This document shows, one piece after another, positions 1 to 8,776 of a stretch of 32,000 nt of DNA (positions are counted from its first letter, which is position 1; each line of letters opens with the position of its first letter). The position numbers were made by a program, and so were the translations under genes. The DNA comes from Yersinia phage vB_YpM_3. The stretch is taken from sequence record MT374852.1; one strand, given 5' to 3'. Below the pieces are notes generated by a model. It was given only the letters and a program-made list of their open reading frames with translations. It made no database searches and was not told where the DNA came from.

Positions 1-12
1 CTGCCCTCTGCA

Positions 13-459
13 ATGGTGTATTTCCTGCGTGATGCGGTTGATGCCGGCTTTCTCACTGAATGCAACGGATTTTATGACATTCCGCGCCCTCGTCCGACGC
101 CGCCTGTAAGACGAAACGCAACTGAGCAGCCTGCTGTTGATGATGCGGTGTGGTGCAACTGGCGTCGCTCATTACCCTGGGTGGAAGGTAATTCCATCCC
201 CGCGCTGGCAAAAGAGTTTGCGACAGGCGTACTGACCTGTGAGTCCGTTCACATCGTGGCAGAAGTGGATGACGAGATGTGCAAACAGGGAATGCCCAGT
301 TTTGTGATGGCTTATATCGATATCCGGCTGGGGCGTTTTATTTGCAGCTCAAGCGCATGGAATATCACCGACCATGTACTGCGCTATCTCATTCTTGACT
401 GTTCTGACGCACCAGTTATGGCACTGGAACAGGCGGAGGCAAACAATGGAAAACAATGA
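13..459 (+). CDS. Mu early-region hypothetical protein; frame is open to the window edge, so the start may lie upstream
   Basis: 148-aa ORF in the semi-essential early region; codons before ATG13 (CTG CCC TCT GCA) are also open. Confidence 0.6.
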   Translation: MVYFLRDAVDAGFLTECNGFYDIPRPRPTPPVRRNATEQPAVDDAVWCNWRRSLPWVEGNSIPALAKEFATGVLTCESVHIVAEVDDEMCKQGMPSFVMAYIDIRLGRFICSSSAWNITDHVLRYLILDCSDAPVMALEQAEANNGKQ

Positions 460-637
460 AACATCGTATTCGTGGCTGGGGACATTCCCCCCGGTGAAAC
501 AGGAATGCCCGACCTGCGGTAATGAATCCCCTGAATATCTGAAAGAGTGTCCCCATTGTGGCGGGCAGAAATGCAACCACTGCGATATGGGCGATGACAC
601 GGCGTGCATGAATTGTGAAGGTGAACAGAATGACTAA
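446..637 (+). CDS. small zinc-ribbon-like protein (CPTC..CPHC..CNHC..CMNC), Mu early region
   Basis: ATG446 (MENNETSYSWLGTFPPVKQECPTCG...) is a likelier start than the track's 374; four CxxC motifs. Confidence 0.65.
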   Translation: MENNETSYSWLGTFPPVKQECPTCGNESPEYLKECPHCGGQKCNHCDMGDDTACMNCEGEQND

Positions 638-938
638 TGGCGTATTTACAAAATCCGAGGAGCTGACAGCGTTGTTGACGGCGGCTGGTTTTCCTGAAGA
701 TGTGATCGGTAACTTTGTGGCGGCGGTATATGCCCCGTCTTATAACCGTGCAATTGATGAGGTCATGGCGTACCGACTCGGCATTGTTGCTGAGTCACTG
801 AGTCCTCACTGGATTATTGAAAATCTCCGCGCTATTGCTGATGGCAACGATAAATCAGCAGCCGTTGCTGCACTGGATGTGTTACGGCAAATGAGTCTGA
901 AATTTTATCCTGAATTTATTCTGAGGGCCGCAAAATGA
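615..938 (+). CDS. Mu-like early-region hypothetical protein
   Basis: 107-aa ORF in the tightly packed early operon, overlapping its neighbours. Confidence 0.65.
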   Translation: MKVNRMTNGVFTKSEELTALLTAAGFPEDVIGNFVAAVYAPSYNRAIDEVMAYRLGIVAESLSPHWIIENLRAIADGNDKSAAVAALDVLRQMSLKFYPEFILRAAK

Positions 939-1237
939 ACAATGAAGATAAATTTACTCCCCTTAATATTGATAACGTCATGGCTGAAAAAAGGATGCTG
1001 GAACGTGTTCGCGCTATCGTTGAATATGGTATTAAGCATGAACTCACCGCCAGAGAAGTTCGTGACATTATCAACCGCGAAATGAATCGTCTGGAAACAG
1101 TAGTGGCACTGCAAAATGAAACAGCCCGCGAGGAGTACATCCGCCGCAGGCTGGGGTTATCAGACCAGGATATTGTTACTGACGCTCATGTGTTTGAGGC
1201 TTTTGAGATCCGTCAGCATCTGGGCCTTACGAACTGA
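935..1237 (+). CDS. Mu-like early-region hypothetical protein
   Basis: 100-aa ORF with 4-bp ATGA overlap with the upstream stop. Confidence 0.65.
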   Translation: MNNEDKFTPLNIDNVMAEKRMLERVRAIVEYGIKHELTAREVRDIINREMNRLETVVALQNETAREEYIRRRLGLSDQDIVTDAHVFEAFEIRQHLGLTN

Positions 1238-1288
1238 TGTGTAAATTCAGGCGGTGTTGCAGCACCGCCCCTTTCCGGAGGTACGATC

Positions 1289-1840
1289 ATGAGTCGCACA
1301 TCCCTGATTAAATTAATCCATGTCGCCCGTCGGGAGTTACAACTCGACGACGATACTTACCGCGCTTTTCTGATGCAGAAAACGGGCAAAATCAGTTGCC
1401 GCGAGCTGACGGTTACGCAACTGGAACAGTTGCTCGATGCCATGAAAGAACGCGGCTTTAAGAAGCAGAATAAACATCCCCGTCGCCGCTTTAAGGGGCA
1501 TGTCACGCCCCGCGAGAAGGTATACAAAGTCTGGCAGCAGATGGCAGAAGACGGTTTTATTACCGATGGCGGTGATGTGGCGCTGGATAAATATGTTCAG
1601 CGCCTGACGGCGAAACGTAATGGCGGACAGGGTGTTTCCACGCTGGCGTGGTGCCACGGAGAATCGTTGCAAGTTGTGCTTGAAACCCTGAAACAGTGGC
1701 ACATCCGCTGTATTCGTGAAGCCTTTTCCCGTCACGGGCTTCCGTTGCCGGTCAGTCCGTCCGGGCGTGAACTGCGCGGCTATGATGCCATGACGGCGGC
1801 TTATGCCCATGCCAGAAAGACACGGAGGATGGCACAATGA
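1289..1840 (+). CDS. gemA: GemA / gp16 family protein
   Basis: MSRTSLIKLIHVARRELQLDDDTYRAFLMQKTGK... is the typical GemA N-terminus; located directly before mor. Confidence 0.9.
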   Translation: MSRTSLIKLIHVARRELQLDDDTYRAFLMQKTGKISCRELTVTQLEQLLDAMKERGFKKQNKHPRRRFKGHVTPREKVYKVWQQMAEDGFITDGGDVALDKYVQRLTAKRNGGQGVSTLAWCHGESLQVVLETLKQWHIRCIREAFSRHGLPLPVSPSGRELRGYDAMTAAYAHARKTRRMAQ

Positions 1841-2226
1841 CCGAAGATTTATTTGGTGATTTGCAGGATGACACCATCCTGGCACATCTTGACAATCCCG
1901 CAGAGGATACGTCACGCTTTCCGGCACTGCTGGCGGAGCTGAACGATTTACTACGCGGGGAATTGTCCCGGCTGGGTGTTGATCCTGCCCATTCACTGGA
2001 GATTGTTGTGGCTATCTGTAAACATCTGGGCGGCGGTCAGGTCTACATTCCACGCGGTCAGGTTCTGGACTCGCTGATTCGGGATTTACGTATCTGGAAT
2101 GATTTTAACGGTCGCAACGTCAGCGAACTGACCACCCGTTATGGTGTCACTTTCAATACGGTTTACAAGGCCATTCGCCGGATGCGACGGCTGAAATACC
2201 GCCAGTACCAGCCCTCACTTCTGTAA
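1837..2226 (+). CDS. mor: middle transcription activator Mor (gp17)
   Basis: 129 aa, Mor/C family: LGGGQVYIPRG...IRDLRIWNDFNGRNVSELTTRYGVTFNTVYKAIRRMR. Confidence 0.95.
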   Translation: MTEDLFGDLQDDTILAHLDNPAEDTSRFPALLAELNDLLRGELSRLGVDPAHSLEIVVAICKHLGGGQVYIPRGQVLDSLIRDLRIWNDFNGRNVSELTTRYGVTFNTVYKAIRRMRRLKYRQYQPSLL

Positions 2227-2232
2227 ACAGTA

Positions 2233-2256
2233 AAGCCGGTTAATCCGGCTTTTTTT
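2233..2256 (+). terminator. rho-independent terminator after mor (end of the early transcript)
   Basis: AAGCCGG-TTAAT-CCGGCTT followed by a T run, 6 bp after the mor stop. Confidence 0.85.
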
Positions 2257-2303
2257 ACGTCCTCAATATCCTGTGATGAATTACCGTACCGGGGGAAATC
2301 ATC

Positions 2304-2534
2304 ATGGGTAAAGGCTGGAATGCATCCTTTCATCTTGGCAGACGTGAGCGGCTGCGTCAGGAGGTTTTACACCGTGTCGCCGGTGGGCCACGGCCTTCGC
2401 CCCGCGACTATACCGGTCATGATGGCACCCACGGAAGTTATTACATGAAAGGCTGGCAGTCGGTTGATATGCCGGAAATTCTTCACCACTGTCAACGTTA
2501 TAAGGAAAAATACCATGTACAGAAAATTCAGTGA
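2304..2534 (+). CDS. small hypothetical protein between mor and C
   Basis: 76-aa ORF with an upstream GGGG-rich ribosome-binding region (CGGGGGAAATCATCATG). Confidence 0.5.
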   Translation: MGKGWNASFHLGRRERLRQEVLHRVAGGPRPSPRDYTGHDGTHGSYYMKGWQSVDMPEILHHCQRYKEKYHVQKIQ

Positions 2535-2634
2535 TGAATGTTTCGGGCCGTCCACGCTGATGAGTGCGATAAAAGTGATTGCCCTTGTGGTTCTGATAAC
2601 CATCAGTGCCGTGGTGTATCTTTCTGTCTGTTAA
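2515..2634 (+). CDS. 39-aa single-pass membrane protein (too small for the supplied ORF track)
   Basis: ATG2515...TAA2634 encodes MYRKFSDECFGPSTLMSAIKVIALVVLITISAVVYLSVC; AAGGAAAAA upstream of the ATG; hydrophobic C-terminal helix. Confidence 0.55.
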   Translation: MYRKFSDECFGPSTLMSAIKVIALVVLITISAVVYLSVC

Positions 2635-2646
2635 CCGGGGGAAAAT

Positions 2647-3069
2647 ATGCAGCATGATTTATTTGAACACGATCCGGCAATTCGCCAGTTAATCGGACAT
2701 ATTGATAACATCCCGGCCCCGGAACTGGAATCACGCTGGCCCCGTTCGGTGGTTGATCTGATTGATGTTCTGGAAAACGAACTGAAACGCCAGAACGTCA
2801 GCAATCCCCGTGAACTTGCCCGTAAACAGGCCGTTGCCCTGTCCTGTTTTCTGGGTGGACGGCAGTTTTACATCCCCTGCGGCGATACGATCCTGACCGC
2901 GTTACGCGACGATTTGCTTTACTGCCAGTTCAATGGTCGTAACATGGAAGAACTGCGTCGCCAGTATCGCCTGTCCCAGCCGCAGATCTACCAGATTATT
3001 GCCCGCCAGAGAAAGCTGCATACACGACGTCATCAGCCTGATCTGTTCTCACCTGAAAGCCAGAAATAA
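2647..3069 (+). CDS. C: late transcription activator C (gp18)
   Basis: 140 aa; Mor/C family: LGGRQFYIPCGDTILTALRDDLLYCQFNGRNMEELRRQYRLSQPQIYQIIARQRK. Confidence 0.95.
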   Translation: MQHDLFEHDPAIRQLIGHIDNIPAPELESRWPRSVVDLIDVLENELKRQNVSNPRELARKQAVALSCFLGGRQFYIPCGDTILTALRDDLLYCQFNGRNMEELRRQYRLSQPQIYQIIARQRKLHTRRHQPDLFSPESQK

Positions 3070-3090
3070 CCGGCATCCTGCCGGTTATTT
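3064..3090. terminator. hairpin after C, possible terminator
   Basis: Perfect 12-bp arms AAATAACCGGCA-TCC-TGCCGGTTATTT overlapping the C stop; only a short T run. Confidence 0.6.
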
Positions 3091-3099
3091 CCTGTCACC

Positions 3100-3133
3100 A
3101 TAATCCCGCACCTGCCATCTGATTTTTTAGACT
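3100..3133 (+). promoter_or_regulatory. candidate C-dependent late promoter Plys
   Basis: ATAA half-site at 3100-3103 and -10 TAGACT at 3128-3133, separated by 24 bp, the same spacing as in Pmom; located just upstream of lys. Confidence 0.65.
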
Positions 3134-3163
3134 GCCATCAGCGCATTTTTTCAGGGAAGCATG

Positions 3164-3679
3164 ATGGCGGGGATACCAAAAAAACTGAAAGCCGCACTGC
3201 TGGCGGCAACGATTGCCGGTGGCAGTGTGGGTGGTTATCAGGAAATGACCCGTCAGTCTCTGATCCACCTGGAAAATATCGCTTATATGCCTTACCGCGA
3301 TATTGGCGGTGTGCTTTCGGTCTGTGTGGGGCATACCGGGCCGGATATCGAAATGCGCCGTTACAGCCATGCGGAGTGTATGGCTCTCCTCGACAGTGAT
3401 TTAAAACCGGTTTATGCGGCAATCGATCGTCTTGTCAGGGTGCCGCTGACGCCATATCAGAAAACGGCGCTGGCAACGTTTATTTTCAACACCGGTGTTA
3501 CCGCATTCAGTAAATCAACGCTGCTGAAAAAACTCAATGCCGGTGATTACGCCGGAGCGCGTGACCAGATGGCCCGCTGGGTGTTTGCCGCAGGCCATAA
3601 ATGGAAAGGACTGATGAACCGTCGCGAAGTGGAAATGGCTATCTGGAATATCAGGGGGGCGGATGACCTTCGCCAGTAA
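3164..3679 (+). CDS. lys: SAR endolysin (gp22, phage-21-type lysozyme)
   Basis: MAGIPKKLKAALLAATIAGGSVGGYQ signal-anchor-like N-terminus; LENIAYMPYRDIGGVLSVCVGHTG lysozyme core; KWKGLMNRREVEMAIW C-terminus. Confidence 0.93.
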   Translation: MAGIPKKLKAALLAATIAGGSVGGYQEMTRQSLIHLENIAYMPYRDIGGVLSVCVGHTGPDIEMRRYSHAECMALLDSDLKPVYAAIDRLVRVPLTPYQKTALATFIFNTGVTAFSKSTLLKKLNAGDYAGARDQMARWVFAAGHKWKGLMNRREVEMAIWNIRGADDLRQ

Positions 3680-4049
3680 AAGTTTACTGCTGGCAGCCGT
3701 GTTTGCCGCCGTTCTGTCCGGGGTGTTGTGGCACAGGCTGGACAGCACCCGCCACGATAACCAGACGCTGCGCCGTGAATTACAGACGGAGCAACAGGCC
3801 CGCAACACGGCTGAATGGTTGTTACACGGTCAGGAACAGACGATGCAGGTATTTTCCGCTATCCGTGCCGCAAATCGTGCCGCGCGGCTGGCAGATGAGA
3901 CAGAACATCATGATGCAAAACAAAAAATTACAACCGCCATTACCGGTGACAATTGCAGCACTCGTCCTGTGCCTGCCGTTGCTGCTGACAGGTTGCGGGA
4001 ACTCGAAAAACGCACCCGTGCCATCGGTGGTGATCCTGCCCGAAACTGA
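3663..4049 (+). CDS. i-spanin (Rz-like, gp23)
   Basis: N-terminal TM (LLLAAVFAAVLSGVLWHRL), Rz-like coiled coil (RHDNQTLRRELQTEQQARNTAEW), overlaps lys by 17 bp. Confidence 0.88.
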   Translation: MTFASKSLLLAAVFAAVLSGVLWHRLDSTRHDNQTLRRELQTEQQARNTAEWLLHGQEQTMQVFSAIRAANRAARLADETEHHDAKQKITTAITGDNCSTRPVPAVAADRLRELEKRTRAIGGDPARN

Positions 4050-4251
4050 TGCAGAACTGACGGAAGCAACGCCCGTTCCGCCCATGCCACAGCCCCTGAC
4101 GTGGGGAGCATCCCTTCTCTGGAATGCTGACCTGTTGATGGCGCTCGGGCAGTGCAACCGCGACAAGGCATCAGTCCGGGAACAGGAGACCCGGAGGAAA
4201 GAAATTTATGAACGAAGACCAGAACCGGGCGGTGGCGCTGCTGCTCGCTGA
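3913..4251 (+). CDS. o-spanin lipoprotein (Rz1-like, gp23.1), partly nested in the i-spanin gene
   Basis: MQNKKLQPPLPVTIAALVLCLPLLLTGCGNS: lipobox LTGC, Pro-rich mature part; +1 frame relative to Rz. Confidence 0.85.
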   Translation: MQNKKLQPPLPVTIAALVLCLPLLLTGCGNSKNAPVPSVVILPETDAELTEATPVPPMPQPLTWGASLLWNADLLMALGQCNRDKASVREQETRRKEIYERRPEPGGGAAAR

Positions 4252-4402
4252 ACTCTGGCAGGGGGATACCCGTGATATTCCCCGCCCGGCGGCGTATGAC
4301 CCGCCTGTATTGTGTGCCGGTTGCGGTCGTGAGCTGCGGCCTGATGTGCTGAGACAGCAGCCAATGGCGAACTACTGCCACTGGTGCCGTGGAGCAGAAT
4401 AA
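4208..4402 (+). CDS. TraR/DksA-like C4 zinc-finger protein (gp24)
   Basis: 64 aa with CAGC...CHWC motif in the conserved position between spanin and gp25. Confidence 0.8.
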   Translation: MNEDQNRAVALLLAELWQGDTRDIPRPAAYDPPVLCAGCGRELRPDVLRQQPMANYCHWCRGAE

Positions 4403-4701
4403 TGGATTTGATTTCAGTTTTAGCGTTATGGCCTTACCTGTTGCCTGTTGTGGCCGGTGGGGCCGTCTGGGCGATGCGTCGTAGTTTTGCCAGCACCGAG
4501 CGTGTGGAGCGTCTTGAAAACCGGATGACCGAAATGGAAACCCGCTACGCCAGCATCCCTGGCACAGAAGATGTACACGAAATGCGCCTGCGTATTGCAG
4601 AGCTGTCCGGCGATATCCGGGTGCTGTCCCAGCGGGTGCAGTCATTTTCCCATCAACTGGAGCTGCTGCTTGAAAACGCAGTAAACCGGAGTAATTCATG
4701 A
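4402..4701 (+). CDS. DUF2730 family protein, releasin (gp25)
   Basis: From ATG4402: MDLISVLALWPYLLPVVAGGAVWAMRRSF (TM) then a coiled coil ERVERLENRMTEMETRYASIPGTEDVHEMRLRIAELSGDIR. Confidence 0.85.
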   Translation: MDLISVLALWPYLLPVVAGGAVWAMRRSFASTERVERLENRMTEMETRYASIPGTEDVHEMRLRIAELSGDIRVLSQRVQSFSHQLELLLENAVNRSNS

Positions 4702-4988
4702 TTAACGATATTCTGACCGAAGACCGTCGTCTGGTCATCCTGCGTTCCCTGATGGACTGCAATAACGAAGCAAACGAATCCATCCTTCAGGACTGTCTGG
4801 ATGCATACGGACACAACGTTTCCCGCGATGTGGTTCGCGGCCAGATTGACTGGCTGGCAGAGCAGCAACTGGTCACCGTGGAAAACCTGCGCGGCTTTTA
4901 TGTCGTAACGCTGACCTCCCGAGGTCAGGATGTGGCAGAAGGTCGTGCCCGCGTTGCCGGTGTCAAGCGTCCTCGTCCCCGTGCATGA
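4698..4988 (+). CDS. Mu gp26-like small protein (probable winged-helix fold)
   Basis: MINDILTEDRRLVILRSLMDCNNEANESILQDCLDAYGHNVSRDVVRGQIDWLAEQQLVTVE; conserved position. Confidence 0.8.
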   Translation: MINDILTEDRRLVILRSLMDCNNEANESILQDCLDAYGHNVSRDVVRGQIDWLAEQQLVTVENLRGFYVVTLTSRGQDVAEGRARVAGVKRPRPRA

Positions 4989-5575
4989 CAGGAGGCGTGA
5001 TGGACAGGAAAACACGGGGCCGGGCTTCAAAAGTGGATTTACTGCCGGAAAACGTACGTAAAACGCTGCATGAAATGCTGCGTGATAAAGCGATCCCACA
5101 GGCCCGCATTCTGGAAGAAATTAACGTACTGATTGAAGACGCTGGCCTGCCGGATGAGATGAAACTCTCCCGTTCCGGTCTGAACCGTTACGCGACGAAC
5201 GTCGAGCAGGTAGGCCATAACCTGCGACAGATGCGTGAAATGACGTCAGCACTGACCGCAGAACTTGGCGACAAGCCAATGGGAGAAACCACAAAGCTGA
5301 TTCTGGAAATGGCCCGCAGCCAGCTTTTTAAGGCCATGATGCGGCAAATCGAAAACCCGGAATCTGACGTGGATATTGACCTGCTGAAAAATGCCATGCT
5401 GGCGGCACAGCGTCTGGAATCCACGGCAATGTCCAGCCACCGGCGCGAGAAAGAAATCCGCCAGGCATTCGCAGAAGAAGCGGCAAACGCCGTCAGTGAA
5501 GAACTGCGCGGGCAGGATGGCATCAGCGAAGAGCTGGAGCAGCGTATCCGTGATGTGCTGCTGGGTAAGGCATGA
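4985..5575 (+). CDS. DUF3486 family, probable small terminase subunit (gp27)
   Basis: RKTRGRASKVDLLPENVRKTLHEMLRDKAIPQARILEEINVLIEDAGL...; directly before the large terminase. Confidence 0.88.
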   Translation: MTGGVMDRKTRGRASKVDLLPENVRKTLHEMLRDKAIPQARILEEINVLIEDAGLPDEMKLSRSGLNRYATNVEQVGHNLRQMREMTSALTAELGDKPMGETTKLILEMARSQLFKAMMRQIENPESDVDIDLLKNAMLAAQRLESTAMSSHRREKEIRQAFAEEAANAVSEELRGQDGISEELEQRIRDVLLGKA

Positions 5576-5582
5576 GAGGGTT

Positions 5583-7238
5583 ATGAACACCAGAGAAAAC
5601 AGCCTTAAAGCCCTTCATGCCCCCCGAAAAATCAACCTGCGTGAGGAAGCCGGACTGCTCGGCGTGAATATCGTGACCGATATCGGGGAAGCACAGCCCC
5701 GCAATGAACCGGTTTTTCTGGGCTATCAGCGCCGCTGGTTTGAGGATGAAAGCCAGATTTGCATCGCTGAAAAATCCCGTCGTACCGGTCTGACATGGGC
5801 CGAAGCGGGCCGCAATGTCATGACGGCAGCAAAGCCGCGCCGCCGTGGCGGTCGCAACGTCTTTTATGTGGGTTCCCGTCAGGAAATGGCGCTGGAATAT
5901 ATCGCCGCCTGTGCCCTGTTTGCCCGCGCCTTTAACCAGCTGGCAAAGGCTGATGTCTGGGAGCAGACCTTCTGGGACAGCGACAAAAAAGAAGAAATCC
6001 TCACTTATATGATCCGTTTCCCTAACAGCGGATTTAAGGTGCAGGCGCTGTCAAGCCGTCCGTCTAACCTGCGTGGTTTGCAGGGGGACGTGGTGATTGA
6101 TGAGGCGGCATTTCATGAAGCCCTGGACGAACTCCTGAAAGCGGCCTTTGCTCTCACCATGTGGGGTGCCCGCGTGCGGATCATATCGACACATAACGGC
6201 GTCGATAACCTGTTTAACCAGTACATTCAGGATGCGCGCGAGGGGCGCAAGGATTACAGCGTTCACCGCATCACGCTGGATGATGCCATCGCTGACGGGT
6301 TGTACCGACGTATCTGTTACGTCACGAATCAGCCGTGGTCGCCGGAAGCGGAAAAAGCCTGGCGTGATGGCCTGTACCGGAATGCGCCGAATAAAGAGAG
6401 TGCCGACGAGGAATACGGCTGCATTCCTAAAAAATCCGGGGGCGCTTATCTGTCACGCGTGCTGATTGAAGCCGCCATGACGCCAGCGCGGGATATCCCG
6501 ATTCTGCGTTTTGAAGCCCCGGACGATTTTGAATCGCTGACACCACAAATGCGCCACGGCATCGTTCAGGACTGGTGTGAACAGGAGCTGCTCCCGTTGC
6601 TCGATGCGCTGTCGCCGCTCAATAAACACGTACTGGGCGAAGACTTTGCACGCCGTGGCGACCTGTCGGTGTTTGTGCCGCTTGCCATCACTCCTGACTT
6701 ACGCAAACGCGAATGTTTCCGCGTGGAGCTGCGTAATGTGACCTATGACCAGCAGCGACAAATCCTTTTATTCATTCTGTTCCGTTTGCCCCGTTTTACC
6801 GGCGCTGCATTTGATGCCACCGGTAACGGCGGTTATCTGGCAGAAGCCGCCCGTCTGATTTATGGCCCGGAGATGATCGACTGTGTGAATCTGACCGCAT
6901 CCTGGTATCAGGAGTGGATGCCAAAACTGAAAGGCGAGTTTGAAGCGCAGAACATCACGATTGCCCGGCACCAGACCACACTTGATGACCTGCTCCACAT
7001 CAGGGTGGACAAAGGTATTCCGCAGATTGATAAGGGGCGCACAAAAGATGAAGGCGGTAAAGGCCGACGACATGGCGACTTTGCCGTGGCGCTCTGTATG
7101 GCTGTCAGGGCGTCTTATATGAATGGTTTTGTTATCGACGAGGACAGCATACAGGCGCTGCCACCACGCCACCGTGGTGATGATGTTGATAACGATGATT
7201 TTGATGATTATCACCAGTTTGAACGAGGGGGCTGGTAA
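5583..7238 (+). CDS. terminase large subunit (gp28)
   Basis: Start MNTRENSLKALHAPRK at 5583 avoids most of the overlap called by the track; CIAEKSRRTGLTWAEAG (Walker A-like) and GDVVIDEAAF (Walker B). Confidence 0.93.
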   Translation: MNTRENSLKALHAPRKINLREEAGLLGVNIVTDIGEAQPRNEPVFLGYQRRWFEDESQICIAEKSRRTGLTWAEAGRNVMTAAKPRRRGGRNVFYVGSRQEMALEYIAACALFARAFNQLAKADVWEQTFWDSDKKEEILTYMIRFPNSGFKVQALSSRPSNLRGLQGDVVIDEAAFHEALDELLKAAFALTMWGARVRIISTHNGVDNLFNQYIQDAREGRKDYSVHRITLDDAIADGLYRRICYVTNQPWSPEAEKAWRDGLYRNAPNKESADEEYGCIPKKSGGAYLSRVLIEAAMTPARDIPILRFEAPDDFESLTPQMRHGIVQDWCEQELLPLLDALSPLNKHVLGEDFARRGDLSVFVPLAITPDLRKRECFRVELRNVTYDQQRQILLFILFRLPRFTGAAFDATGNGGYLAEAARLIYGPEMIDCVNLTASWYQEWMPKLKGEFEAQNITIARHQTTLDDLLHIRVDKGIPQIDKGRTKDEGGKGRRHGDFAVALCMAVRASYMNGFVIDEDSIQALPPRHRGDDVDNDDFDDYHQFERGGW

Positions 7239-8776
7239 TGGGCCGTATTCTGGATATTTCCGGGCAGCCGTTTGATTTTGACGATGAAATGCAGACCCGC
7301 AGCGATGAGCTGGCAATGGTCATGAAGCGCACGCAGGAGCATCCTTCCAGTGGTGTGACGCCGAACCGGGCCGCGCAGATGCTGCGTGATGCCGAACGCG
7401 GTGATCTGACAGCACAGGCTGACCTGGCCTTTGATATGGAAGAAAAGGACACCCACCTTTTTTCCGAACTGAGCAAACGCCGCCTTGCCATTCAGGCGCT
7501 GGAATGGCGCATCGCTCCGGCACGTGATGCCAGCGCACAGGAGAAAAAAGACGCTGACATGCTGAATGAATATCTGCATGATGCGGCGTGGTTTGAAGAT
7601 GCCCTGTTTGATGCCGGTGATGCCATTCTCAAGGGCTATTCCATGCAGGAGATTGAATGGGGCTGGCTGGGGAAAATGCGCGTGCCGGTGGCGCTGCATC
7701 ATCGCGATCCGGCGCTGTTCTGCGCGAACCCCGACAATCTGAACGAATTACGCCTGCGTGATGCGTCTTATCACGGGCTGGAGCTGCAACCGTTCGGCTG
7801 GTTTATGCACCGGGCCAAATCCCGCACCGGGTATGTCGGCACCAATGGCCTTGTGCGCACGCTTATCTGGCCTTTTATTTTTAAAAACTATTCCGTGCGT
7901 GATTTTGCAGAGTTTCTGGAAATTTACGGACTCCCCATGCGCGTCGGTAAATATCCGACCGGCTCAACGAACCGCGAGAAAGCCACGCTGATGCAGGCCG
8001 TGATGGATATCGGGCGACGTGCCGGTGGCATTATTCCGATGGGGATGACGCTGGATTTTCAGAGCGCCGCAGATGGTCAGTCAGACCCTTTTATGGCGAT
8101 GATTGGCTGGGCAGAAAAAGCGATTTCAAAAGCTATTCTGGGCGGCACCCTGACCACAGAGGCTGGCGATAAAGGCGCGCGGTCGCTGGGTGAAGTGCAT
8201 GATGAGGTTCGCCGGGAAATCCGTAACGCGGATGTGGGCCAGCTTGCCCGCAGTATTAACCGTGATCTGATTTATCCCCTGCTGGCACTGAACAGTGACA
8301 GCACCATTGATATTAACCGCCTGCCGGGCATTGTATTTGATACCAGTGAAGCGGGTGATATTACGGCACTGTCTGACGCCATTCCGAAACTGGCGGCGGG
8401 AATGCGTATTCCGGTCTCATGGATACAGGAAAAACTCCATATTCCACAGCCGGTCGGTGATGAAGCCGTGTTTACTGCTCAACCGGTCGTCATGGATAAC
8501 TGTCCGCAGAAAGAAGCCGCATTATCCGCTGATGATATCCCGCAGGAGGATGATATCGACCGGATGGGCGTTTCACCGGAAGACTGGCAGCGTTCGGTTG
8601 ATCCCCTGCTGAAACCCGTCATTTTTTCTGTGCTGAAAGATGGCCCGGAAGCCGCCATGAACAAAGCCGCTTCATTATATCCGCAGATGGATGATGCAGA
8701 ACTTATCGACATGCTGACCCGTGCCATTTTTGTTGCCGATATATGGGGGCGTCTGGATGCCGCAGCAGACCATTGA
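7238..8776 (+). CDS. portal protein, DUF935 (gp29)
   Basis: 512 aa; IGWAEKAISKAILGGTLTTEAGDKGARSLGEVHDEVRREI is typical of Mu-like portals. Confidence 0.93.
   Translation: MGRILDISGQPFDFDDEMQTRSDELAMVMKRTQEHPSSGVTPNRAAQMLRDAERGDLTAQADLAFDMEEKDTHLFSELSKRRLAIQALEWRIAPARDASAQEKKDADMLNEYLHDAAWFEDALFDAGDAILKGYSMQEIEWGWLGKMRVPVALHHRDPALFCANPDNLNELRLRDASYHGLELQPFGWFMHRAKSRTGYVGTNGLVRTLIWPFIFKNYSVRDFAEFLEIYGLPMRVGKYPTGSTNREKATLMQAVMDIGRRAGGIIPMGMTLDFQSAADGQSDPFMAMIGWAEKAISKAILGGTLTTEAGDKGARSLGEVHDEVRREIRNADVGQLARSINRDLIYPLLALNSDSTIDINRLPGIVFDTSEAGDITALSDAIPKLAAGMRIPVSWIQEKLHIPQPVGDEAVFTAQPVVMDNCPQKEAALSADDIPQEDDIDRMGVSPEDWQRSVDPLLKPVIFSVLKDGPEAAMNKAASLYPQMDDAELIDMLTRAIFVADIWGRLDAAADH

Noticed and set aside
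3703-3912. Upstream part of ORF 3703..4251 as a longer protein
   Set aside because: Overlaps Rz and lacks a signal peptide; the lipoprotein start at 3910/3913 explains the frame better.
3908-4783. Long + strand ORF overlapping Rz1, gp24 and gp25 (291 aa)
   Set aside because: Low-complexity, no recognisable domain, and conflicts with three recognised small genes.
5391-5582. Extended N-terminus of the large terminase ORF
   Set aside because: It would overlap gp27 by about 185 bp; ATG5583 with Mu-like MNTREN... fits the operon better.
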